Positions 39,642 to 64,000 of a stretch of DNA of 64,000 bases are shown here, piece after piece. Position numbers and translations under genes: made by a program. The DNA is taken from the NCBI RefSeq assembly GCF_009914755.1, contig NC_060927.1, one strand, 5' to 3'. Numbering within the stretch: position 1 is the stretch's first letter; each line of letters begins with the position of its first letter. The DNA comes from the human T2T-CHM13v2.0 reference genome, Homo sapiens. The notes beneath the pieces are model-generated. The model had not been told where the DNA came from. It did no database searches and worked only from the letters and a program-made list of their open reading frames with translations.

Positions 39642-39762
39642 TGAGCCCCCGTGCCCAGCTGCACCAGCTAATTTTTATATTTTTTGTAGGGATGGGGTTT
39701 AGCCATGTTGCCCAGGCTGGTCTTGAACTCCTGGGCTCAAGGGATTTTTTTTTTTTTTTTGA

Positions 39763-39867
<105 letters not shown>

Positions 39868-40090
39868 TGAGTAGCTGGGATTACAGGCATGCGCACCACG
39901 CCTGGCTAATTTTGTATTTTTAGTAGAGACGGGGTTTCTCCATGTTGGTCAGGCTGTTCTTGAACTCCCCACCTCAGGTGATCTGCCCACTTCGGCCTCC
40001 CAAAGTGCTGGGATTATAGGCGTAAGCCACTGTGCCCAGCCTGGGCTCAAGTTTTATATATAAACTTACATGCATCAAATAGGGACTTAA

Positions 40091-40508
<418 letters not shown>

Positions 40509-41306
40509 TGAGCAGGCTGGTCTCAAACTCCTGACCTCAGGTGATCCGCCCGCCTCGGCCTCCCAAAGTGCTGGGATTACAGGCATGAGCCACCACACCC
40601 GACCAATTTTTGTATTTCTAGTAGTGACGGGGTTTCATCACATTGGTCAGGTTGGTCTCAAACTCCTGACCTTGTGATCCACCCACCTCGGCCTCCCAAA
40701 CAAAGTGTTGGGAGTACAGGGGTGAGCCACCATGCCCAGCCAGTCGGTGCTTTAAGTTAGTAAAGTATGCTCTGAAATAAGTATTTCAGTACAAAAATTG
40801 GTATCTAGTGATATGAAGGAATAAATGACCTCCCTGAATGTTTCAGAATTTTGCCAAAGAATGCAGAAAGTGGCTCACCATTTGTCAGCATGCCCACTGT
40901 CCAGTCCACATCAAACTTACCAATATGAGTTCAGTTCACTAGCAGCTGAGCAACAGCAATTTGAGTTAAAATTATGATTATGAAAACTTTAACACATCAT
41001 GTCAGAAATAGCATAAATGGTTCTCTGTTCTTGCCTTTAAATTTATGCAATTGATTCTAAGCTATTTTGGTTGACATTTAAAATATCTCTGGGCTGGTAA
41101 GGCAAAAATCTATATTAATAAAAACAGTTGCTTTATTTTAAATATAATTTTCTGGTGTATACAAAGATAAAATGGAAATACTACTTGCTATGTTACGTTA
41201 CAGCAATATGGTTTGCACTTAAATGTGACTCTGCATTGTACAGAAAATAGTGAATGCTATAAATATTTTTATGTGTGAAATGCTATATATTTTTTTCATT
41301 TAACAG

Positions 41307-41470
41307 GGTGAACCTAGCATTTTCACAAAGTACCAGACAAAGCCCCAGCTGTTCGGAGGAGATATAAAAGATGGAGGTTTATTTCCTCCTCCTTTGTCAG
41401 TTGGAAAATCAAAAGGCCTCTTGGAACAGTTTGAGGAGAAAAAGAAAAGGGCAAAAGACAAATGTGACAG
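41307..41470 (+). CDS. IHO1: IHO1 coding exon 3 (GEPSIFTKYQTKPQLFGG...KRAKDKCD)
   Basis: Acceptor tttaacag| and donor CAG|gtatgt; 164 nt, open and in frame with both neighbours. Confidence 0.95.
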
Positions 41471-41608
41471 GTATGTAAACCTTTCAAATGGATGAAAGAA
41501 CTCACCTTTTCTGAGTAAAACAAGACATAGAGTGTCAGTAATTAAATAATTCAATTTTAGCATAATAGCATGTATTAGAGTTCTCCAGAGAAACCAAACC
41601 ATAGGACT

Positions 41609-41698
41609 TACACACACATACACACACACACACACACACACAGACACACAAACAGACACACAGAGAAAGAGGGAGAAAGAGAAAGAGGGAGAGAGAGA
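41609..41698 (+). repeat. Compound (CA)n/(GA)n microsatellite in an MLT2-like LTR fragment
   Basis: Visible dinucleotide repeats after tgtattagagttctccagagaaac. Confidence 0.7.
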
Positions 41699-41705
41699 AT
41701 TATAG

Positions 41706-41938
<233 letters not shown>

Positions 41939-42974
41939 TGATCCACCCATCTCAGCCTCCCAAAATGCTGGAATTATAGGCGTGAGCCACTGTGCCTGGC
42001 CATTATTATTATTATTATTTATTTTATTATTATTTTTTTCTGAGATGGAGTTTCACTCTTGTTGTCCAGACTGGAGTGCAATGGCACAATCTCGGCTCAC
42101 TGAAACATCCGCCTCCTGGGTTCAAGTGATTCTCCTGCCACAGCCTCCCGAGTAGCTGGGATCACAAGCGCATGCCAGCATGCCCAGCTCATTTTTGTAT
42201 TTTCAGTAGAGACGGGGTTCGCCATGTTGGCCAGGCTGGTCACGAACTCCTGACCTCAGGTGATCTGCCCACTTCGGCCTCCCAAAGTGCTGGCATTACA
42301 AGCATGAGCCACCGCAGTCTTCCCACCTTAGCTTCCCAAGTAGCTTCGATCAGAGGCACACACAGCTGTGGCCACCTAATTTTTTTTTTTCAGAGATAGT
42401 GTCTCACTATGTTGTCCAGGCTGGTCTTGAACTCCTGGGCTCAAGCAGTCGTCCCACCTCGACCTCTCAAAGTGCTGGGATTACAGGCATGAGCCACCAT
42501 ACCCAGCCTCCTAGTTATTCTTAATTGCCTTCTTGTCAATATGATTTGTGGTAGATTTACATACCACAATTTTTTTCTCTCTGAAAAATAAAAACTAGAG
42601 GATTTCTAAGAGAAATGTAATATTCAAGTAATGTTACACTTATTTTTCCTAAACATCTGCCCCCTGATTTTTCTTTTCAGATCATCAGGATTAGGAAGTT
42701 GGACAACATTATTTATTTTAGAGTCTAGAATAGAATGTGGCCAGGCACGGTGGCGGGTGCCTGTAATCCCAGCTACTCAGGAGGCTGAGACAGGAGAATC
42801 ACTTGAACCCAGGAGGCGGAGGTTGCAGGGAGCCTAGATTGCACCATTGCACTACAGCCTGGGAGACAAGAGTGAAACTCCATCTCAAACAAACAAGCAA
42901 AAAAACAACAACAACAACAAAAAAGAATAGAATGCATGAAATCGTTTAAATTTTACATTCAAAAACTTTTTTGA

Positions 42975-43200
42975 ATTTTTTTAAACTTTTATTTTAGGTT
43001 CAGGGGTATATGTGCAGGTTTGTTACATAGGTAGACTCTTGTCACAGATGTTTGTTGTACAGATTATTTCATCACCCAGGTACTAAGCATAGTACCCAAT
43101 AGCTATTTTTTTTTCTGATCCTTTCCCTCCTCCACCCTTCACCTCAACTAGGCCCCAGTGTCTGTTGATCTTCTGTTCATGTCCATGAGTTTTCATCATA
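42975..43200 (-). mobile_element. Old L1 (L1PA/PB) 3' end fragment
   Basis: aaacttttattttaggttcaggggtatatgtgcaggtttgttacatagg is a typical antisense L1 3' terminus. Confidence 0.75.
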
Positions 43201-43304
43201 CAATGCATGAATTCTTTGGCTTTTGTTTTGTTTTGTTTATTGAGATGGAGTCTCACTCTGTTGCCCAGGCTGGAGTATAGTGGCAAGATCTTGGCTCACT
43301 GTAA

Positions 43305-43634
<330 letters not shown>

Positions 43635-43676
43635 TGAGACCATCCTTGCTAACACGATGAAACCCCGTCTCTACTA

Positions 43677-44270
<594 letters not shown>

Positions 44271-44484
44271 TGATCCACCTGCCTTAGCCTCCCAAGATGC
44301 TGGGACTCTCTTTTTTTTTCCCTGCTGGGCACTAAGGTTTCTCAGGGTCAAGTCTTCAGATCTAATCAAGCAATGTTTTGATGCTATGCTAGGTAGAGAT
44401 CTGCCATATTTATGGAATCATTTATGTTACTTATCACTTCAATATTTCATAAAGATTTGTTTTCTTTTTTCCCTCCTATTCTAG

Positions 44485-44533
44485 TGAGACTCTATACAAC
44501 TTTGTTTCTAATGTTAGAGAAAGCATTCTCAGG
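44485..44533 (+). CDS. IHO1: IHO1 coding exon 4 (S-ETLYNFVSNVRESILR)
   Basis: Strong pyrimidine tract with ctag| and donor AGG|gtaagt; 49 nt restores phase 0 (cumulative 444). Confidence 0.93.
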
Positions 44534-44726
44534 GTAAGTACAGATACTTTTCAAGGAGTTAGAACATCTTATATTTTAAGAAGTTTAATATTTATATTGT
44601 ATTGGCTTTAGTTAATGTAGAATAGCAATATTTTAACTATCCCTATTTATCATGAAATGACAATTCTCTAAGATAGTAGAATAAGGCAATAGCCTGTGAA
44701 TTATTTCATAATTTTGGGTTTCTTAG

Positions 44727-44814
44727 TTGCAGACGTCTGTGGAAAAGTCTGAGGACCATCTCAGTTCAAGAAGCCAATCTATTTTGGATTCTTTGGAGAC
44801 TGTGGCCAAGACAT
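44727..44814 (+). CDS. IHO1: IHO1 coding exon 5 (LQTSVEKSEDHLSSRSQSILDSLETVAKT)
   Basis: Acceptor ttcttag| and donor CAT|gtgagt; 88 nt, in frame. Confidence 0.92.
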
Positions 44815-45189
44815 GTGAGTGCCTCATGTTTGAGGTATCAGCAGAGGGCACTGGTGAATGATGAACATGAACTTTCTGACCCCAGCCTGGTTTCCAGTGG
44901 TGAGGTTCCTCACAGGGTTTCAGATGAGAGGATGGGTATATAGGGTTAGTCCTGAAGAGATGTGGAGCACACTGAGCTGGGTAGTGAGGCCCACCTCTAT
45001 GTGACAATGCTCTGGTCCCATGATGCCTTTTGTGAGGCACTAATCCCCCACCTGGTAACCATGTTGCCTCAGGGCAGGTAGCTCTGCTAGGTTTCTCATC
45101 TCACTGCCTGAAGTGAGTCAGCAACATCCTTGAGTCTCAAATTGCTGCCTGTGCTGTCTATAGACACTGACTGCCCCCTTAGGAGTTAG

Positions 45190-45438
<249 letters not shown>

Positions 45439-46045
45439 TAAAATTTTTAGTAGAGACGGGGTTTCACTGTGTTAGCCAGGATGGTCTCCATCTCCTGACC
45501 TCGTGATCTGCCCGCCTCAGCCTCCCAAAGTGCTGGGATTACAGGCATGAGCCACCACGCCCAGCCCCATTCTCAATTTTACTTATAGTTTGTGGTTTAT
45601 AAAATCCTGTGCTCCACCAATTAGTGGTTTACATTTAGATGAAACCATGGCCCTTGCCCTATAAACAGAAGAGAGTAAATATACAGTTCTCCTTGGGTGA
45701 ATACTTCTCTAGAACCACCTGTTTCCTAGCAAAACGATGAGCTGATGACTATGCATCTGTACTTGTTTGCATTTGTCTGTGTGTTTATTTTATAAACAAG
45801 TTGAAATCAACTTACACAAATGCCATGGGGTGGACTGCTCATAATTTACAAAAATTAATGCCTTTTTGTGGCCTAAAAATTAATCCCCAACTGTCTGCAT
45901 AGAAGCACTGTACTGTCTGCTGGATTTCAACCTGGGCATCCCACACACAGGGCATATGCATCTGTTTAGAAACTTGTTCTGGGGCCGGGCACAGTGGCTC
46001 CCACTTGTAATCCTAGCACTTTGGGAGGCCGAGGCGGGCAGATCA

Positions 46046-46307
<262 letters not shown>

Positions 46308-46433
46308 TTAACCCCACAAGAAGTAGCAAGACAGACGGCAGAAGCAAATCAGGGATGCTTCCTTTGTATAACATGATAGAGTAAGTCATTTATAAGTACC
46401 CAAGGAAAGTACTCTGTTTTTGTTTTACATTTA

Positions 46434-46880
<447 letters not shown>

Positions 46881-47370
46881 TTAGAGTAGGCAAAGGGATC
46901 CATTCCTTAATTTTCTTTTGCTTTTCTTTTTTTCTTTTCTTTTTTTTTTTTTGAGACGAACTCTCACTCTTGTCCCCCAGGCTGGAGTGCGATGGCGCGA
47001 ACTTGTGCAACCTCTGCCTCCCAGGTTCAAGCGATTCTCCTGCCTCAGTCTCCTGAGTAGCTGGGATTACAGGTGCCTGCCACCATGCCTGGCTAATTTT
47101 TGTATTTTTAGTAGAGACGGGGTTTCACCATGTTGGCCAGGCTGGTCTCGAACTCCTAATATCAGGTGATCTGCCCACCTCGGCCTCCCAAAGTGCTGGG
47201 ATTACAGGCGTGAGCTACCGCGCCTGGCAGGTTCCTTAATTTTCAAAGGGTAAGACTCAGAAGAGAGGCCGGGCGTGGTGGCTCCTGCCTATAATCCCAG
47301 CACTTTGTGTTTTTGTTTTTGTTTTTTTGAGATGGAGTCTCGCTCTGTCACCCAGGCTGGAGTGCAGTAG

Positions 47371-47652
<282 letters not shown>

Positions 47653-47922
47653 TGAGTCCAGGAGTTTGAGACCAGCCTGGGAAACATAAGGAGACTTTGT
47701 GTCTACAAAAAATAAACAAAACCAGCAGGGCATGGGACATATGCCTGTAGTCCCAGGTACTAGGGAGGGTGAGGTGGGAGGATCGCTTGAGTCTGGGACG
47801 TCGAAGCTGCTGTGAGCCAAGATGGTGCCACTGCACTCCAGCCTGGGAGCTAGAGCAAGACCCTGTCTCTAAACACTAAAACTAAAACTAAATAAATAAA
47901 ATGAAAAAAAAAAATAGATTCA

Positions 47923-48237
<315 letters not shown>

Positions 48238-48340
48238 TCACGCCTGTAATCCCAGCACTTTGGGAGGCCAAGGCGGGCAGATCACGGGGTCAGGAGATCA
48301 AGACCATCTTGGCTAACACGGTGAAACCCCATGTCTACTA

Positions 48341-48664
<324 letters not shown>

Positions 48665-49321
48665 TTAGCCAGGCGTGCTGGTGCAGGCCTTTAATCCTAG
48701 CTACTTGGGAGGCAGGAGAATCACTTGAACCTGGGAGGCAGAGGTTTCAGTGAGCTGAGATTGCGCCATAGCACTCCAGCCTGGGCAACAAGAGCGAAAC
48801 TCTGTCTCAAAAAAGAAAAAGAAAGAAAAAAGACTCAGTAACAGACACAGCAGTATCACATGAATTAGGACAGGTCATTCTTGAAAATGAGCACAAGTAG
48901 CCTATCCAGAATAATTCTCTTTCTTGGTAGGAAATGATGATGAGCAGAAAATTAATCATTGAGAGAGGAACCAGACAAATCCTCTAGCATATGGCCAGGT
49001 CCAGTCCAGCTATTCTAGAGCATTGAACTCCACCTCAGTGCATTCTGCAAGCTTTCAGTCTCTACTCATGTGCTCATCAGGGAATAGGGAAGTAAAGATA
49101 CTGTGTGAAAGTGCTGTCTGTGTTGTTATGTAATTGGTGCCTTCACAGATGAGGTCATTAAATATTTTCCCAGTCAGCCTGCCCAGCCAGAAGGGTCACT
49201 GTGGCCATCTAATCTAACTCTTCCTGTTCTTCAGCTGAGGACACTAAGGACCACAGTAATAAAGTTAATTACCAAAGCCTCTTGTATACTACTTTACCTC
49301 ATATGTTAAGTCTGGTGATAA

Positions 49322-49664
<343 letters not shown>

Positions 49665-49790
49665 TAATTTTAGAATGGGAAAAGCCTTTCTAAGCAAAAT
49701 AGATATAATTGTTAAGAAGAGTGAGATCCATCTATATGAATATGGTAGAATGGAAATATCTGTTCATTGTTAAATTAAAACAACAAAAAG

Positions 49791-50066
49791 GTGCTCTTCG
49801 CGTGCTCCAGGATACATCTTGTTGGAAAGTGTGACCAGCCAGTGAAAACTGGGAAGAGTATCCCTAAAAAAGTTGGAGGTGGTCTCATCTTATACAAGGA
49901 GGCTGCCAGATCTTTTGTTAGGCTCTCATCAGCACCTGAGGGAGAATAAAACTACAGAGTAAAAGGAAAATCACTGGCCATCCGGGGAAAAGCTTGCATC
50001 ACAATCTGATCTCATCTCAATTGAGGCCTTACCAAGTTGCTAAAATAAAAACAAATTGTTTAAAAA
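49791..50066 (+). pseudogene. Candidate short retrocopy of an unidentified transcript
   Basis: GC-richer insert in AT-rich, old-L1-like flanks. Pyrimidine start ctcttcgcg and AATAAA near the end followed by an A-rich stretch. Source not recognised. Confidence 0.35.
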
Positions 50067-50849
50067 TCATCTTAACAGGAAAACAGATATTGTCCAGAAT
50101 ATGGAAATGGATTTTAAATGGCATTTTTACATAAAAGCTAAAAATATCTAATGTTTATAGTCAAAGCAAAAATGAAATAAATACTCTTCTAGACACACAT
50201 ACACAAACAAACACAGGACCTATAATGTATATACAGATATGCACACGTATTAATGTAAAATTCCAGAAACCGATGATAATGTTAAATCCAGGAAGAGAGA
50301 CCAAGGTTTGCAGAGGAGAGATTCAATCATTTTTCAATGTATGCCTTTTTATACTATTATGGTTTTCAGTTATTTTCATAACTAAATTTTTTTAAAAGAA
50401 AAAATATGGATAGACTTTGAATGTAATGAGTTTGATACAAAAGCTCCTATAAAAGAGAAGACGCCAAACATATGTTGCCCTGGGGACAAGAACTGAATGT
50501 ATGGGACCTCAGATGGATGCTTTCTGAGCACTTAATCCAGAATCAAACACTTTGCTTGCCTTTCTCATGCTCTGCTTTTGTGAGGGTCAGTAATGCCCAC
50601 TGTTGCTAAGAAACATTACTATTTAGGAACTTCTCTATGGAAGGATAATTACATTTGCTCTCTACTATAAATATCTACATGGATGTCTGAAGAATATTTG
50701 ACTAATTGGGTTTAGGAGCAGGAATCCAATACCTAAGTAAATAGCCTCTTTCTAATTGATTGACACATGGAATTGAACTTGTACCTGTGGTGAGAAATAT
50801 GGGAAAATTTGCTTTCTAAAAAATTCTTTGGGCCAGACACAGCAGCTCA

Positions 50850-51119
<270 letters not shown>

Positions 51120-51189
51120 CTATGCTAGATTAAATTGTTTCATGTTAGTTTAGCGGTTCCATTTTCACGTCTCAATATATTTTACTTAG

Positions 51190-51600
<411 letters not shown>

Positions 51601-51648
51601 TGATCCGCCAGCTTTGGCCTCCCCAAAGTGCTGGGATTACTGGTGTGA

Positions 51649-52040
<392 letters not shown>

Positions 52041-53848
52041 TAGCTGGGATTACAGGCATCTGCCGCCACACCCGGCTAATTTTGTATTTTTAGTAGAGGC
52101 CGGGTTTCTCCATGTTGGTCAGGCTGGTCTCGAACTCCCGACCTCAGGTGATCCACCCGCCTCGGCCTCCCAAAGTGCTGAGATTACAGGCGTGAGCCAC
52201 CACGCCCTGCCACCAAATTCATCTTGTTTGTTCAATTTTTTCCCAACTGCAGGGAGACTACAGTAAACATTTCCCAAAACTTCCTGTGCAAAATTGCTGA
52301 TTCCTACTGTTTTCATGCCATTTTCTGTTGTTATCCATTAGTGTTTGTGAATTTACACACTGAGGGAGTGAGGCATATGCAGTTTCCAGAAGGCAGCCAG
52401 CATTGCCAGTGGGGTGGCACAGCCCTGGACCCACTTTTTAAAAATTGTGGTAAAAATACACATAACATAAAATGTACCATTTCTTACTGCTTTTTTCTTT
52501 TCTTTTTTTTTATTTTTGAGATAGGTTCTCCCTCTGTCATCAAAACTGGAGTGCAGTGGCACAATCACAGCTGACTGTAGCTTTGACCTCCTGGGATCAA
52601 GCAATTCTCCCACCTCAGCCTCCCGAGTAGCTAGGACCACAGGCACATACCACCCCACCCAGCTAATTTTTATTTTTCATTTTGTAGAGACAGGATCTCA
52701 CTATGTTGCCCAGGCTGGTCTAGAACTCCTGGGCCCAAGCAATCCTCCCGCCTCAGTGGCTTCCCAAAGTGCTGGGATTATAGGTGTGAGCCACTGTGCC
52801 CAGCCTGTTTATTATTTTTTCCCTCTTCTAGACTGTAGAATTCGGCCGGGCATGGTGGCTCACTCCTGTAATTCCAGCACTTTGGGAGGCCGAGGTGGGC
52901 GAATCATGAAGTCAAGAGATCGAGATCATCCTGGCCAACATGGTGGACCCTGTCTCTACTAAAAATACAAAAATTAGCTGGGCATGGTGTTGCGTGCCTA
53001 AAGTCCCAGCTACTTGGGAGGCTGAGGCAGGAGAATTGCTTGAACCCAGAGGCAGAGGTTGCAGTGAGCTGAGATTGCACTACTGCACTCCAGCCTGGCA
53101 ATAGAATGAGACTCAGTCTCAAAAAAAAAAAAAATCATGTAGGTAGACAGTTTTGTTCAAAATTGTTTTCCATTCTCCTAGCACAGTGTCTGACAATAAA
53201 CTTTCAGATAAAGGTGTATATTTCGGCCAGGCATGGTGGCTTATGCCTGTAATCCCAGCACTTTGGGAGGCTGAGGCGGGTGGATCACCTGAGGTCAAGA
53301 GTTTGAGACCAGCCTGGCCAACATGGCAAAACCCCATCTCTATTAAAATACAATTAATAGCTGGGCATGGTGGTGCATGCCTGTAATCCTAGCTACTCCG
53401 GAGGCTGAGGCTGGAGAACTGCTTGAACTCAGGCGGCAGAGGTTGCAGTGAGCTGAGATCGTGCCACTGCACTCCAGCTAGGCGACAGAATGAGATTCTG
53501 TCTCAAAAAAAGAAAGAAAGAAAGAAAAAAGAATTCAAGTCCACCAATCTTGCCATGGCTCATTCACCCCTCTGTGTAACTGTGACCTGCCTCCCCTCAG
53601 CTGTGGCCTGCTCCTGGGCCCCTTGCTCACCATGTTTCAGCCATGCTGATCTCAATTCCTCTGTTTGGAACGTGCTCTTTCTTCTGTTGGTAATATTCTT
53701 TCCCTTACAGTTTTATGACAATTCAGCTAAATATCAGTTTCTTAGGGAAATCTTACCCCTGAGAGTGACTAAGTCTACAGTTACATGGTCTCAAGCACAG
53801 TACGCTTTTCCTTTAGAGCAGTTATTACATTTATAGTTATTTGTATAA

Positions 53849-54151
<303 letters not shown>

Positions 54152-54810
54152 TGATCTGCCCGCCTCAGCCTGCCAAAGTGCTGGGATTACAGGCGTGAGT
54201 CTCCACGCCCAGCTAGCTTTATCTGTCTTGATAACTGCTATATCCATAGTGCCTGGCACATAGTATATGCTCATTAAACATTCGTTGAATAAATATAAAA
54301 GCATCTTCATATGACCTGTAGTCTAGCAAGAGGATGGCAATAAATTGCAACACAATGTGTCATTAAATAAATGTGTGTGTGTGTGTGTGCATGCAGAATC
54401 TCACTGTGCAAAAGAGGAAAATCAATCAGTCCTGATGTAGTTAGCACCTAGGTCCCCAAGTCTATTTGGGTCCAAGTGTAAGTATGGGATAAATAAGTGG
54501 AGGGCAATAAATGATGGTAGGGCACATACACGGTGCTACCTGCAGAGAGAAGCAACACCCTAGCCGAGTGGAAATGGTATTTTCTGAGGAGGTGACTGCT
54601 GAAAGTAGAAGGAAGAATAGGAATTAGCTGGACTAAGGTGGTGATTGGTTGCGGGGGGCGGGGGGAATGACAGGGACAGAAACAGGGTACTTGAAGCTAA
54701 GGGAAGACTTTGCACAAAGGCCAGTGGTGAGAGAGAAAACAAGAGTCCAGAGACATGGAGGAGGACAAATGGGTAAAGGGAAGTGAGCCCAGATCTTGTT
54801 AGCCAATTTA

Positions 54811-55035
<225 letters not shown>

Positions 55036-55470
55036 TTAGGAGCTGAGGCAGGAGAATCGCTCAAACCTAGGAGGGGGAAGTTGCAGTGAACCAAGATCGC
55101 ATCACTGCACTCCAGTCTGGGTGACAGAGCTAGTCTCCGTCTCAAAAAAAAAAAAAGAAAAAAAGTTTCAATGAAGGTTTCAGAGGGTGCATTCTACTAA
55201 GATCACTCTGATGAGAGGGCCAAGAAGGAAGGCCACAGAAGCTTTTGTGCTGTTGTCTGGGCAACTGATTCTCAGAGTCCCCAGCAGGTGCTGAGGTTGG
55301 GTCTGCCCTAGCCAGGATCTTGTCAAGGAGGGAGGGAAGGAGAGCCTGGAGGAACCACTCCGGTCTGCATCCAGCTCCTCCCTTTTCACTGCTGTGGTTC
55401 TGTGGTTTGGGCAGATGGGACATACCATACATAGTCTTCAGGAGGTGAACTGTCACTGTTTTGTATTTAG

Positions 55471-55574
55471 TACAAGAGACTATACAGGCCCAGAATGACC
55501 TGGTGTTTGAGGCAGTCCAGGACAAAGGCAACATGGAGCAGGCCATCCTTGAGATGAAGAAAAGATTTGAAGCT
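55471..55574 (+). CDS. IHO1: IHO1 coding exon 6 ([35 protein letters not shown]), coiled-coil region
   Basis: Acceptor tatttag| and donor GCT|gtaagt; 104 nt, cumulative 636 nt (phase 0). Confidence 0.93.
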
Positions 55575-56214
55575 GTAAGTGTAAACCCCAACCTCTTTCT
55601 AAGTGTGTTTTGGGCTTTGAACTAGACCCAGAGAGAAACTTTTTTTTTTTTTTTTTTTTTGAGACAGAGTCTCGCTTTGTCGTGCGGTGGTGCAATCTCA
55701 GTTCACTGCAACCTCCGCCTCCCATGTTCAAGCAATTCTCCTGCCTCAGCCTCCTGAGTAGCTAGGACTTACAGGTGTGCACCACCACGCCCAGCTAATT
55801 TTTGTATTTTTAGTAGAGAGGGGGTTTTTCACCATGTTGGCCAGGATGGTCTCAATCTCTTGACCTTGTGATCCACCTGCCTTAGCCTCCCAAAGTGCTG
55901 GGGATTACAGGTGTGAGTCACTGCGCCCGGCCGAGAAACCTTTAAAGTTGCAAATTTTCAGCTAAGACAAGAGGCCAGCACAGGCCACTTGGAAAGGGGC
56001 CAGCATATAGACTAGCTTCCTTCCCCAAGGTTCCTTGACATGATGTGGGCCCCAGGGGTTCAACTCCCGAGTGTAATTGTGCTTACCCTGAGAGGTTCCC
56101 TACAAGGAGCAAGCCTTGGTTCTGCTGTCACATCCATTGGTCTGTTCTCATGTTTTATTGTGCTTTCTGACTTGCACTGTCCATCACTGTCTTTCTCACT
56201 GCCTCTCTCCCCAG

Positions 56215-57363
56215 AGACAAGGAGAGTTTATAGAAATGAAGTCCAACCTGAAGCACCTTGAAGTTTTAGTTGCTCAGCAGAGTCAGGAATTCCAGCAGCT
56301 GTGTGAGCAGCTAGGCCAGCTGAATGTGCCCAGTGTCCTAGCAGAGCTGAAGAGATTGATCTCAGTGCCTCCAGTGAAAGACAGTGCTTCTCAGACGTCG
56401 CCACCTTTGGCCCAGAGCCTCAATCTCACCAGGCAGGAAAAATACACCTCTGAGAAACCAGTTTTATGGCAGGCCCAGGCCCTCCCTGCTGCATGGAATC
56501 CTGGTATGGGCTCCCTACAGCCTGGAGAATTTGATGTCTGGGGTGAAGGAGCAAAGAATGATGATCTCCAAGAAGAGGCTGCACTGCCAGCATTTGGGTC
56601 CCATGAAAGAAATAGGCATGTAAAGGACAAGGTGGTGCAGACTAACTGCAAGAACTGGGCTGTTACTAAAACAGGTGCCAAGAACCATGGTTCCAGCGTC
56701 CCAGGCCATAAGATTCCCAGTGACAGGGACCTGGTTTCCCAAGGAGCCTCACAGCTCACATCATTGGAGATAAACTTTTCAACCAGCATTAAGAATGCCT
56801 GCCAAAAATATCAAGCCCAAAGTATGTTTTTGTGTGACCCACGTGAACATTTGGTGATTAAACAGAAAGATGGGACTGTAGAAATGCGGGGGAAAGACAA
56901 GAAGCAGCAGCCCAGGAAGGCCCACAGGGCCCACAGAGGCAGGCTCATAGCCAGCAAGCAAAAACAAATCCCAATCCAGACCTGTAAATTCAATTCCAAA
57001 TATCAGAGTCCTCAGCCTGCAATTTCTGTCCCTCAAAGCCCCTTCCTGGGGCAGCAGGAACCCCGTGCTCAGCCTCTGCATCTGCAGTGTCCCAGGAGCC
57101 CCAGAAAACCAGTCTGCCCTATTCTGGGAGGAACAGTCATGCCCAATAAGACAGTAAGGGCAGTGCAGGGAAGACTCTTGCAGCTCAGCAGGTGCTCTTC
57201 CCAAGACAACTGGCTACTTTCCAGCAGTTCCCAGGGGGACCACCAGATGAGCTGGTTCAGTGACCTCAATCTCGGATGTTCAGAGACCCCTCTATGCAAG
57301 GAGGCAGGAAAGAATTTGCTCTATGACCTGGGTTTTGATAGCAGTGATGATGATGGCTTCTGA
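56215..57363 (+). CDS. IHO1: IHO1 terminal coding exon (RQGEFIEMKSNLKHLE...LLYDLGFDSSDDDGF*)
   Basis: Acceptor ctctctccccag| at 56214, then 1149 nt open to TGA at 57361-57363. Total spliced CDS is 1785 nt = 594 aa plus stop, ending in the acidic C-terminal motif typical of IHO1. Confidence 0.96.
   Translation, partial: RQGEFIEMKSNLKHLEVLVAQQSQEFQQLCEQLGQLNVPSVLAELKRLISVPPVKDSASQTSPPLAQSLNLTRQEKYTSEKPVLWQAQALPAAWNPGMGSLQPGEFDVWGEGAKNDDLQEEAALPAFGSHERNRHVKDKVVQTNCKNWAVTKTGAKNHGSSVPGHKIPSDRDLVSQGASQLTSLEINFSTSIKNACQKYQAQSMFLCDPREHLVIKQKDGTVEMRGKDKKQQPRKAHRAHRGRLIASKQKQIPIQTCKFNSKYQSPQPAISVPQSPFLGQQEPRAQPLHLQCPRSPRKPVCPILGGTVMPNKTVRAVQGRLLQLSRCSSQDNWLLSSSSQGDHQMSWFSDLNLGCSETPLCKEAGKNLLYDLGFDSSDDDGF

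Positions 57364-64000
<6,637 letters not shown>

Noticed and set aside
56116-56214. 33-codon N-terminal extension of the 415-aa ORF
   Set aside because: It starts at a non-ATG codon and lies in the intron's polypyrimidine tract; the real exon starts at 56215 after the AG.

Overview
This is primate (very probably human) genomic DNA, extremely Alu-rich. It carries the complete coding sequence of the meiotic double-strand-break gene IHO1 (CCDC36) on the + strand. Seven coding exons (11860-11915, 36629-36803, 41307-41470, 44485-44533, 44727-44814, 55471-55574, 56215-57363) splice by GT-AG rules into a 1785-nt, 594-codon ORF. The 24.7-kb intron after the ATG exon is packed with nested retroelements: an antisense solo LTR12, a MER1A carrying an Alu-L1 chimera, an LTR18B-like LTR inside an Alu, and a sense-oriented HERV-K(HML-3)/MER9 provirus. 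The HML-3 dUTPase gene is split by an antisense ERV9 provirus with both LTRs and a tRNA-Lys primer-binding site. Almost all short ORFs in the supplied track are Alu or LTR artefacts. I found no convincing new multi-gene system. The best leads are the nested proviruses, their possible effects on IHO1 expression, and several unusual retrotransposition or gene-conversion scars. Repeat family names come from recognition of consensus sequences, not from a database search.
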